Assembly: GCA_002633005.1 (NCBI GenBank)
Contig: NMRA01000329.1
Location: forward strand, 395,219 to 459,218
Length of the DNA: 64,000 nucleotides
Origin: Phoronis australis
Taxonomy: Eukaryota > Animalia > Phoronida
Reading direction: 5' to 3'
Position 1 is the stretch's first letter. Each line of letters opens with the position of its first letter. The notes beneath the pieces are model-generated. The model did not search any database and had not been told where the DNA came from. It was given only the letters and a program-made list of their open reading frames with translations. Below are positions 47,728-58,798 of the stretch, in pieces. The translations under genes and the position numbers were made by a program.

Positions 47728-50700
47728 TTAACATCGCCTGTCATTTCTGTACTTCAACTTGAGGTCTTCTTTGTGTTCCCGGAACAGTTCACGATTTCTT
47801 TCTTGTTCCGCGTCTTTGGTCTTGTGGAATGATCCTGTTGTCTTGAAGCCTTGGTGCACCAGGTATGCATTGTTAAGTACCGAGAAGTTGTAGCCTGCCA
47901 CGTGCATTTCACATACCTACAACATTCAATCAATAACCTGATTGACAGCATTTTGAAATCTAACTAAAATAACAGTGGCCACAATAAAGATTTCCTAATT
48001 GTGGGTTCATAATTTAATAAAACAGTAGACTTTTAAAATTCTGAAAATGAGGAAATTTGCCCATCTCTTTAAATTCAACAAACTCACCTTTTCTGAGAAG
48101 TTTTTAAACTTCTCAGTAAATTCTTACAATTGAGGATGGCAGATTAAATGCTGTCATCCTCAATTGTATGAATTTTAATCAATTAAAAGAATTTTGGAAT
48201 TGCTGTAAATGTAGCGACTAAAACATACTCTGGACAATTGAGATCTTACAACACAATTGTGTTGAGCAAAAATGACAGAAAAAATGAGCATATTTTACTT
48301 GATACACATAGGTGCACAGACATGATCTGGAAGACTAAAAAAATTGTGCCATGCAGAGTGCATGTGTGAAGAGCAATAAGACTTTGCTTACTTCCTGCAA
48401 GAACAAAGAAGAGACAAGACTAAAATGGAATTTAAAATCTGCCATTTCATTAGGAACCCAACAAAATGATGTTGAAATCAAATAATTAGGAGTTGATAAG
48501 AGAACTAAGATTTTGTAAATATTGTTCACTTTTGAGACTCCAGCTGAAGACTAATTTCTGTTTTTGCTCTAGGTGCTTGCTGAGTGAAAGACTATGGTAA
48601 ATCTCACCAATTAAGAGTAAATAATTGCCAAAATTAATGTTATTTCAACAACTTTTAAAATGTAGGTTCATCCAGGATTTCAAAAGTAGGGCATCCAAAA
48701 TGGATTTCCAAAATTCCCAGGGTGTCCATGAGCAGTGCGCGCCTATGTTTTATGACCTTAAGTCAAACTGCTGTCCTTGTGATGAAAACATTCTGAAATA
48801 AAGCTCCTTGTATCTTACATCATTTTGACTAAATTATTTTTCATTCTGGACAAGCCAATGAGCTGCCAAGGCTGCTACTAGCAAGTGAAAATAGACAGCC
48901 CGTACTAGTGTACTTTACTTAGAACAAGCAGAACTCACCATCAGAGCAGTTGGAATGAAGTCATGACGGGTCATAACCAGTCATATCGGGTCATAACCAG
49001 TTATGACTGGTCATAAACAGTCATGACAGGGAAACCGTACAGTCTCGTCATTTTTGGCAGGTACTGATGCAAAAAAGGCGTCCAAGATGACACAAAATTA
49101 CAGTAAAATCTCATCAATATCACACAAAAATAATCGCCAGACTTGCTCTTTCTTCCATTTTCATGAGCTTCGAAAATATTGTCTGGCTGTGGCTATAGTA
49201 AGAGTTTGAAAACAAGCATTACAACTTTGAATTCATGAAGACGATAAAATAAAATTTTGGATGTAAAGTTTCCCTCGTCGGGCCATGTTTGTCTTAAATT
49301 GGTGAGGTTTTATTGTATTTCAAAGGAACAAAAGGCGACTATAGCCAATGGAGGTAATTAGTATAATCTGGATACCCATGGTGCTCTTTCCAGCATACCC
49401 TGACCAGTAAAAATTGTAGCCAATACAATATCACATTTCTTACTCCACAAAATATTACTCCAGCACAATAAGAGAGGAAGCACTCTCACTGACCTTTCAA
49501 GGAGAGAACATTCAAGGAAGCTGTGATTAATCGAACTGTAATAACTGTAATAACTGCAATCCAATTGCAATGTGAGAGCGACTGATTTTGATATTGATAT
49601 GCTAAGATCCATTTTAATCCAAATCTTTTAGTTCCAATTTTCACCATTAGGTGTTTTACAAATTAACAACTTATTTGTATCTTTTGAAGAGTCTTATTGA
49701 TATGAGATACTGAAGACATAAGGGCCTTTCATACTAACGTTGAAGCAGGCCTTCATGCAGCGTACGTCCTGGGCGTCCAAATGGACGCCTTAGCACTAAT
49801 ATGGACGCCCTAGAAAGGACGCCCAATGTATCATTTGGACGCCCACTATCAATAGGAACCTTTCAAGTTTGGATACACACATTGTAATGATCACTAGGAA
49901 GCCTATGAAGACTCACAGTGGTGGCTTTTTTTTCAAAACAGGAAGAAATATACAAAGTATATACAATGTTGCTATGCTCACACTTGGTTGATAACATTGT
50001 AAGTCTTGGTTTTTTTAATAAAAATGCACACTACAGAAGGCTGTTTTGTACACTTAAATGTAGAAACCTTGGTCTATGCATTTTTTGTAAAAAAAATCTG
50101 CGTGTTTGGGGGGATTGCTGGGGGTGGGGGGNNNNNNNNNNNNNNNNNNNNNNNNNNNNNNNNNNNNNNNNNNNNNNNNNNNNNNNNNNNNNNNNNNNNN
50201 NNNNNNNNNNNNNNNNNNNNNNNNNNNNNNNNNNNNNNNNNNNNNNNNNNNNNNNNNNNNNNNNNNNNNNNNNNNNNNNNNNNNNNNNNNNNNNNNNNNN
50301 NNNNNNNNNNNNNNNNNNNNNNNNNNNNNNNNNNNNNNNNNNNNNNNNNNNNNNNNNNNNNNNNNNNNNNNNNNNNNNNNNNNNNNNNNNNNNNNNNNNN
50401 NNNNNNNNNNNNNNNNNNNNNNNNNNNNNNNNNNNNNNNNNNNNNNNNNNNNNNNNNNNNNNNNNNNNNNNNNNNNNNNNNNNNNNNNNNNNNNNNNNNN
50501 NNNNNNNNNNNNNNNNNNNNNNNNNNNNNNNNNNNNNNNNNNNNNNNNNNNNNNNNNNNNNNNNNNNNNNNNNNNNNNNNNNNNNNNNNNNNNNNNNNNN
50601 NNNNNNNNNNNNNNNNNNNNNNNNNNNNNNNNNNNNNNNNNNNNNNNNNNNNNNNNNTCCACCCTACAGCGCCACGTCCACCCTACAGCGCCACGTCCAC

Positions 50701-53153
50701 CCTACAGCGCCACGTCCACCCTACAGCGCCACGTCCACCCTACAGCGCCACGTCCACCCTACAGCGCCACGTCCACCCTACAGCGCCACGTCCACCCTAC
50801 AGCGCCACGTCCACCCTACAGCGCCACGTCCACCCTACAGCGCCACGTCCACCCTACAGCGCCACGTCCACCCTACAGCGCCACGTCCACCCTACAGCGC
50901 CACGTCCACCCTACAGCGCCACGTCCACCCTACAGCGCCACGTCCACCCTACAGCGCCACGTCCACCCTACAGCGCCACGTCCACCCTACAGCGCCACGT
51001 CCACCCTACAGCGCCACGTCCACCCTACAGCGCCACGTCCACCCTACAGCGCCACGTCCACTCTACAGCGCCACGTCCACTCTACAACGCCACGTCCATT
51101 ATAGAATGCCACATCCATTGCCACAGAATCCCGCTTGAGTGTTGTGACTTATTACATCAGTTATTCTCAAGCAAACTAAAACCCAATAGAGTTGACTAAA
51201 AATCAGAGGCATGGCAATTTCAAGCTTTTTCAAAGTTACTCAAGAAATTGATTAGCCAAACAGTAAGGGTCAGATTTCTGAAGTGGACAACGATATAGCA
51301 ATGTCAATGTTTTTTTATTAAATTATTAAAAAGTTAACCACATTGCAATGGATTTTTTTGAAGATTGTAACTACAATTATGAGACAGATATCATCAGATA
51401 AAAGTGACATTGTTTACTAATAATCAGCGCCGAAGTGGTAAAAGCTTAAGATGCGTCAAATGTTAGTGAGGCTGATAGCAAAGATGTGATGGAATCTATC
51501 CCAAGAATGTATTTTTGCAATCTATTTTGCGACAGCACACCAATTATTTCTGCTGCCAGTCCTGGAAATGTTAAATCAGCAGCACTGGAGAACACGATTA
51601 TCAGGAGAAAGGGCAAATACTCTGATATAGCGTGCACACATTTTGACAACCAATCAATGCCCATTATTCCATGGAGAAAACTGGTTCTCAAAATGCGGTT
51701 ACATTATCAGACTGTTGTCGTAAAAAGTGAGCCCAAACCACATCCATGATGATGGTGTATAATATCAGGTTAATTGTCAAAGATATGCCACAGCTCAGAG
51801 TTTTACACTGAATCATTTCATAGCAATCTAGCTCAGTGTCCCTATGGTCTGCTAACACCGTAAGTGAGCTTCGTCAAAGTAAAAACAACAAGGGGGTCAG
51901 CCAGTCAGCCATACAGTACTTACATGATGCAAATGAGTCATGATAGCTAATTTCTCATACACCAATGACACAGGCTGACTACTACTTTGAGAACAGGGGA
52001 ACAACCAGATTGTTTAGAGAGGATCTTATGGTCTGCTAATCAAGGATGAACAGTTAAAAGTACGCATTTAACTTACCTGGCTGATTCTGTTGAACCCAAA
52101 CTGTACAAATTTCTCCTCATACCGTGGTAAGGGTTTTCGCTTTGCAATATAAAATGGTTCCCATGGATCCACCCAGTTCACAACATAGGCAACTTCCATC
52201 TTCTTGCTAGAGTCCACATTTCGCCATGTCTCATACAATGTATTGCTTTGACACTTGGCACAGACCTCCGAGTAAAATGGACGGATACGACGAAACAACA
52301 TTTCCTTGATTAGCTTCTCTTTAGTTGGAGGTACTGCACTAAGCTCTGAAGACATTTCATATACCGGTACTATAAAGGCAGTTCTGTCAAAATCTCCTGT
52401 GAGAAATTCTTGCCGATGCCTTTGAATGAAGTTGGCAAACTGTGAGTCTAGATCAGGGCTTGGAATCATGTCAACGTCGATCACAAACACAAAGTCAGAG
52501 GTTGCATAAGTAATACCGACATTCCTGAGCATATTATTTGGATACAGTGAGTGTTGATCAGCATAGTTTGCAGGAATGGAGTCCGATGCATTGACCAAAT
52601 TAGACAATACACCACAGGCTTTGGAGGGAATGGTTTCAAGGAAATGGTTGATATCCAAGTACGACGGTCTGTGTTGAAGAGGAAGAACAATGTTGATCGT
52701 GACTTGTGTGTTGAACTGATGAGCGCATAAGTAGGCATTAAGCAATGTCATTAATGTAAACTTTGTGAGGGGAGACGGTATGAAAACGGTCACAATGAGA
52801 GGGCCGCCCCAGGCTTTGGACAGTTGGATGATATTTGATAAATGGTGGAGCGAGCAGTGCGAAACGAGAGAAACGTTGAAACTGGGACTGTAAGCAGCAC
52901 TGCTGTGAGTTGGCTCCTGGAACACCTTGGGAAATATGAAGTACCTTCCATTCACGTCAATGACACTAGTGTTAAATATCACGTTCCAAAATCGTTGCAA
53001 TATCGTGTGAATGGTGATGTACTGATGATTGAGACTATAGCGCAGCTCAAAGAGATAATCAAGGTTGGTTTTATAGACGTGTAGATAACACACAGCACTG
53101 ATCAGGGCACACAATATAAAAGTCTTGATTAAACTAGCGCGTGACAGCATCAT
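47728..53153 (-). CDS. B4GAT1: Beta-1,4-glucuronyltransferase 1 (GT49 family, alpha-dystroglycan O-mannosyl glycan priming)
   Basis: Exon 53153-52077 has an N-terminal signal anchor, YPNNMLRNV, the DxD motif FVIDVDMIPS, and IRPFYSEVC, WVDPWEPFYI, RYEEKFVQFGFNRISQ. It splices to exon 47916-47728, VCEMHVAGYNFSVLNNAYLVHQGFK...QERNRELFREHKEDLKLKYRNDRRC*. About 421 aa. Confidence 0.94.
48959..49030. repeat. 10/20-bp minisatellite inside a probable TE remnant
   Basis: Alternating gtcatgacgg / gtcataacca units, about 7 copies. Four GGACGCC repeats at about 49770-49845 may mark the other subterminal end. Confidence 0.7.
50132..50657. other. Assembly gap (526 N) in the B4GAT1 intron
   Basis: Run of N bounded by a G-tract on the left and a minisatellite on the right. 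Confidence 1.
50658..51098. repeat. 19-bp GC-rich minisatellite, about 23 copies visible
   Basis: (TCCACCCTACAGCGCCACG)n, nearly perfect and degenerating only in the last 2 copies. The left end is lost in the gap. Confidence 0.98.
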
Positions 53154-53247
53154 GGCTGATCATGGTTAGTCGCTCTCCAGTGATTTGACACCAGTGCCTG
53201 ACTGACACATGTTTCTCTTTGCGAGAGGCGCACCGGAGTTGTACAGA

Positions 53248-53350
53248 AGACAGTAGTAATTCAGGTAAGTTCAGTACCGGTGTAGTCTGAAATCACAAGA
53301 CAGTAGTAATGCAGGTAAATTCAGAACCAGTGTAGCCTGAAATCACAAGA
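53248..53350. repeat. Two-copy ~50-bp tandem duplication just upstream of the B4GAT1 ATG
   Basis: agacagtagtaat(t/g)caggtaa(g/a)ttcag(t/a)acc(g/a)gtgtag(t/c)ctgaaatcaca occurs twice. Confidence 0.9.
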
Positions 53351-54458
53351 AGACAAAACAAATTGCTGAAAACCACATATATCCCAATTAATAGAAACTA
53401 CTTTTTGACTGAAATAAGAACTTTTAAAAATGACAATTTGGCCTAAAACTGACCATAGCAACACATTGCCTGTGGACCACCCAGTAATGCAACCGATTAT
53501 TTTTTGATAGACAAAGTAATTAAAAGTAAATACTAAACACTGAGTAAAAAGTTAATAGTCAACAGTAGACTTGCTACAAATAGTCCGTTGACAAAACTTT
53601 GATTACCTCCCTCCATGGGTTTTTTCATGAATATATATGCAAATTAAGCAGATCACCTGACTAAAATGACTAGTGGCATTGGCTGACAGAGGATGCTTTT
53701 TAACAAGCAGACTTATAGGATTGGATTTGGCTTAATGGCAACATCAAAGAAGAACAGCGTTTATTCACAAGACTGAATTTGTTGAGTTTTGGGTTTTCTG
53801 TATATTTTCACTCAAAAGTTATCGTCACTATGGGTTGGCAAAGTATACACTCGACAGAGTTGGTGGACCAACTGAAGCGACTCAGTCAGTCAATGAGTGT
53901 AGTGAGGGACAGTGATCAGTAGGAAATACGACTATGGATACCAAATAGTAATAATAAAACTAGTATTGTTACGATTTGAGATTTTCACGAAATTACCACA
54001 CTGAGTATCGTATCGATAATTGATAATAAAACATTTGCTTTGCCTTGGGTTGTGCTGGACAGTGTAATTTAGAAGTAGTAACACCACACTGTTTAGTGAT
54101 TGTGGTGTGTTGGTTGGAGTTATTCAGTTGTGACACCACACTATATTAGTGAGATGCCTTTTTGTCTAGTTTCGTGAATCAGCAGTGACTGTGGTAATAA
54201 CCCACCAATGGTGAGCAATTGTTGTTGGAGAGAGCTACAGGGTTTGTAATTTGGAACAAGGTGATTTTCATTATTCTGCTGCACAAAAACTGTGTTCACG
54301 ACAGCAGAGAGGAATCACACAGCTTCCTGAGAGTCCCGAGTTTAAGGAATTCTAGGGGCCATGATCTTCCTTGGTTGAAAGGCGACGTTATACTTAACTC
54401 TATAGGACAAAGAAGAGTGGGGTGAATCTGCAGTGGGTGTGGCAGGCCTCTTTTATCA

Positions 54459-54612
54459 CTGGGACCGATCCAGGATTTTGAGTTGGGGGGGGGGGCAGGG
54501 AAGAGTTTAGCCCATCAGACATTTGCACCCTCGCACTGCCAAATAGAATCTGAGAATTTTAGGGAGGGGTGACATGGCCCTGTTGCCACCCCCCCCCTTA
54601 AATCCACCACTG
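54459..54612. mobile_element. hAT5-like MITE (5-bp TSD), same family as 10958-11114
   Basis: TSD TATCA on both sides. 3' end TAAATCCACCACTG. Shared interior tcagacatt.gcacc ... gagaattttaggg ... catggccc. Confidence 0.75.
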
Positions 54613-54845
54613 TATCAATTGATCAATTGTCCAGGAGCAATAGGCAAATAGCTCTTTGACTTTGTTGGAATGGCTATGAGTATGACGGCTGACGCCTGGC
54701 TTTGAAGGCTTGAAGCGAGATGTTCTAGTTTTGTGTCAGCCACAGAAAGCAGCACAGAACATGAGCACAAAAACAGACAGAAAATGCATTGACAAAGTTA
54801 CGTGCAAACGGAATGTAAAGCAGCTCTCCACATTGGCTAGGTTAC

Positions 54846-54945
54846 CTGGTAACATAGATCAGCTAGAAACATTAACCCTGACGGATGCGAGTCACGATCT
54901 TTTTCAGTGGAATCGGAAACGGCTACAACATGCGCATGCGCAAAC
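54846..54945 (-). promoter_or_regulatory. Putative B4GAT1 promoter and non-coding first exon with an NRF1-type palindrome
   Basis: TGCGCATGCGCA at 54931-54942. Minus-strand donor CAG|GTAACC at 54846/54845. Confidence 0.45.
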
Positions 54946-55247
54946 GCTTCTTGGGACCACAGACTTCACTAGCTGCCTTGCACACACTTGTCACCTCGCG
55001 GTCAATGTTTCTCTGAGCAGTTCTAAACTTCTTGTTGAGGATTTCATATGTTACCTAAAAAGAAGCATTTAATACAAACACATCAAGCCTGATCAGTGTA
55101 AAGGTCACTAACATTATGTGACCTACATGTAGACAGGTTCTTCTGTTCAGTTGACTGCTGAACTTGAGACGCAAGTCTCTGGAGCCACTGAGGGATCATG
55201 GGTTTGATTCCTGAGTAGGACCTTTCAGCTCTCACTGATAGTTCATG

Positions 55248-55476
55248 CAGTGGCAGATCTACGATTTCAGTAAGGGGGGTTTAGGATTCGAAAGAATCCG
55301 AGGCACGTAGCGCCGAGGACGGAAGGAAGGTCGCGAGAGGGTTTCCCTCCTCACGTGTAAGATTTTTTGGGATTTTTAGTAGCTAATTTCGTTTTTCTGG
55401 CGATATTTTTTCCAGTTTTTATTTTTGATCCTGTCCCGAGGGGGGGGGGGTTAAACCCCCTGAAGATCTGCCTCTG
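55248..55476. mobile_element. hAT5-like MITE (5-bp TSD) inserted in a SINE-like sequence
   Basis: TIR CAGTGGCAGATCT / AGATCTGCCTCTG and TSD TCATG on both sides. B-box-like GGTTTGATTCC at about 55201 in the flanking host sequence. Confidence 0.8.
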
Positions 55477-58400
55477 TCATGTGTCACCTAGGACCTTTTA
55501 GGTTCACCCAAATGCTATAGTTATTACAAGTTCTTGAAAACCAATCAAAACTACATTGATCCGTTATTACATTTAAAGTACCCACGGTCAAAAGGAAAAG
55601 TATTGAGTAAAATGCCAATCAGGCGGCTGCCTGTGATTTTAACATGGCCAACACCAAGGGAAGGCAGAACGGGTGACCTAGTGTCAACACACTTGCAAGA
55701 CAATGATGTTGTTGAACACACCTGAACTTGAATTAACCGATTCAACACCACCCACTACGTCAAGTGACCAACAATTAAGTAGACCTACTAATGAATTTTT
55801 GACGATCTGCAATCTCCTAACATTTGAAAATTTGAAACCAATTTCATAATAGTGAGTGGTATAAATCAAAAGTAGGGAGTTTAATGTTCCCATGGCTACC
55901 AGTTATGTGATTAGTTGGATGGGTTGAATTATGAATTACGGGCTTGAATTAACCGTTTCCATTCTATAAGTGAAGATTTCTCGCCACTTAGTGCTTTGCA
56001 AGTGTCTTGGGTCTATCAAACACAACCCGGCTTAGTAATGCTAATCGGCACCCGGCTTCCGAGTCTGCATACATGCATGACTCGGGCCGGGATCTACCTA
56101 CAGATTGCTAGAGTTTTGAAAGGTGCGCGATATGGTTTTTAAACATTTGTGTTGTGCATGGTAATGCTTCATTATATGTGGCTGAAATAATTGGGAAGCC
56201 AAACTTATTACTAGTAAACTTCAACAGTTTACACGATTTACTTTGAGGCCTTCTAACTGTTTGAAAGGGTGAAATATAGTATTTCAAATTCCTTCGAAGT
56301 GTTACGAATGGGGTTTGGTTCTCGAGTCAAAGATAGGGTTTCAGATTTAGTTTTGTGCTCAAGATCCTAACTTTAGTAAAGCTCCACTATTCCTGAAGTA
56401 TGCAAGTATGTGACAAAATTGATACTGGAAGGAGGAGGGCCAGATACTATACCGGTGCCTACCCTCTGACGTCACCACAAAAACAGAAACAGAAAACTTA
56501 ACAACTAGCTTAACACTTTAAGGCGATCTTGCGTGATGGATCGTTGCTAAGTTTCCGACAAACTTTCAAGGTCATTGATGGTTCATTGTAATGACTCGTG
56601 TTTTTCACAAACTGTTGCTTAACCGGCGCGGGTGTGCCTATAGGATATGTAATATGACGTTATACAACAAGCCAAGGCACATGCCATCAAGATATTACCG
56701 CGAAGCAAACGATTTCGTATATAAGGGATAAATAGGATTTCCCCACATGAATAGGAATACTACTACGATATCTGATCTTGAATTTATTTTATCTGAGTAT
56801 GTCCCAACTCAACCCTCGGTCTCGTTAGTACATTCCCAAATGAAACGAATGCTCATAGGCTATGACAGTAGTATTCCTATGTATGTCTGATAACCTATAT
56901 TTATGGTATAAATGAAAGTGCGCGACATCAAATGCAAGTGTGGACATTTGGTGTCATTGACTTGATTCGCAAGTAAAAAGGCAAATTTTAGTTTGTTAAA
57001 GAGGAAACTTCGCCTTTTTGCCAGAAACTCTTCTGTTTAGGCGGACGTAACGGAGTACTGAGCAAACTTTAAGTAGGAAAATATTTAATAAAATAATCTA
57101 ACAAGAACTTGTGTCCAATGCCTTTCAGTGAAAGTTCCTGTGTAGGTAAGACTGTGGATGCAAATGTGCAGCAAGTCATGGCCCAACAACTAAGTGCAAA
57201 TGAAGAGATTGACCAGTGCACAGTTCAGGCTGCTAATCCATTTAATGCTGAAGCAAATCGGATTGCAATGAAAGGAGTAAAAAATTGCATGAAGGATGTC
57301 ATTTATTATTGCCATGGATGACTTCGTAAAGCTGGTCTGTGCTTTCACTCCAATTGGTGAAAACGAGCTTTATGCCTGTTCAGTCCGATTATCAAATTAT
57401 ACTATTCCGTGTACGACTGATACTAATTTAAAGAGCGCCGTGGAGCAGTTGAATAGGAGCACGAATACACATAGTATCGTTGATACGGCGTGTGTTCTAT
57501 TAACTCTAGTTTTGTCATCAAAAATAACGATGATTGTCTACTGAGGTTTTTCATAAGTTGATAGAAAAAGTCAGAGCGGAAGCGGACGTCTCTACATCAA
57601 ACAACTAGTTGCAAATTGTGTCGAGGCACCTCTGTGACAATCGGAGTATCCGAAACAACTAAGACAATAGTCTCTATGAACATATCGATATTTTTTCTGA
57701 AAGAATTCCAAGGACAGAGTTTCTTTTGAAGATCGTTGTCCGGATTTCGCAGCCAGCAGCAAGAGTTTCTTGCATCACACCACCTAAATTGTGTTTTTTA
57801 CCAGTACACATTTCGGCAACCTAATAAAGTGAATTTTGTAAATATGCTCTACAGCCAAAAACGTCAAATGCATACATTTAAACGCCCAACGTGTGCAACG
57901 TGTCCAGGCCTATTAAGGGACCCTTACTCGTTAAATTGTAGTGCTGAAACACTAAGTACACAGATTTCTGGTGGTGTCCTCCCCGAGATTTGCCCCACAA
58001 ACAGTACGGCCATGAAAGTTAGAAATTGGCGACGACCACGGTATGAAAGAGGTGGGCATATGGAGAATCTGAAATTTGGTTCCACGATTGGAGCAAAATT
58101 TTGGCAAAGTCGAATACTGTAAGTGCCCTCCTCCCATAGTTTTTATCTTCCTTCTGGCCGGCAGCGTGATGTTGTCACCTTTTTCACAACAAAAAGCTGG
58201 ATAAAGTCGACATTTGCGCTAAGTAAAAAAAATTACCTTACTCATGTTTAGTCAATAACTATTACTGGTATTGTATTAGTCATATAACTACCTTACTTAT
58301 AATTGTATGTGCCATATAAATGACCTTACTTTTAATTGTCTTAGACATAATAAATGGCCTTATATCGCCTACCCAAGTCTTAGTTTCATCTCTGGTAACG

Positions 58401-58564
58401 AGCTTGCGACGCACGAACTACCATAGATTATTCAGGGGGCATATGTCGATCATAAAAAAACTGTGTGCCTGCGGGCATTGGGTTGAATTCAAAGTCACCA
58501 TATTCTCAATGTGACAACAACTGACCAAATCAGTTTGGGATGACATCCATTACGCGAATAGTAC

Positions 58565-58798
58565 CATGCGCGTACCCAGCCTTCCACATGTGGGCTCGAA
58601 TTCCTGACTTGTGCACCTTTTGGTAACAAAAAAGCGGGCTTACTGAAAAAAAACGGGGGCACCACTGTGAATTGCGCGTTTGTGCTTGTCTCATTTTCTC
58701 GGACTTTTTGTTTCTCAGAGGCGGACCTTTTTGCCCACTTCGCCAAATGGGAGGCTCGAGCCCCCCGAGCCCCCCCCCCCCTTCTGGGTGCGCACATG
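58565..58798. mobile_element. MITE with CATG termini and a 5-bp TSD-like flank
   Basis: TIR CATGCGCGTACCCAG / CTGGGTGCGCACATG. Flanks AGTAC / AGTAT. Confidence 0.75.

Noticed and set aside
50658-51098. CRISPR-like regular repeat
   Set aside because: Head-to-tail units with no unique spacers, no cas genes, and a eukaryotic context.
49918-51199. Long ORFs (406, 397, 332 and 202 aa) with PPYSATSTLQRHVHPTAPR repeats
   Set aside because: Artefacts of the N gap plus a stop-free 19-bp minisatellite inside the B4GAT1 intron.
57109-57544. Protein-like plus-strand ORFs (70 and 82 aa)
   Set aside because: No recognisable family and no consistent chain of spliceable exons. Possibly a TE relic.
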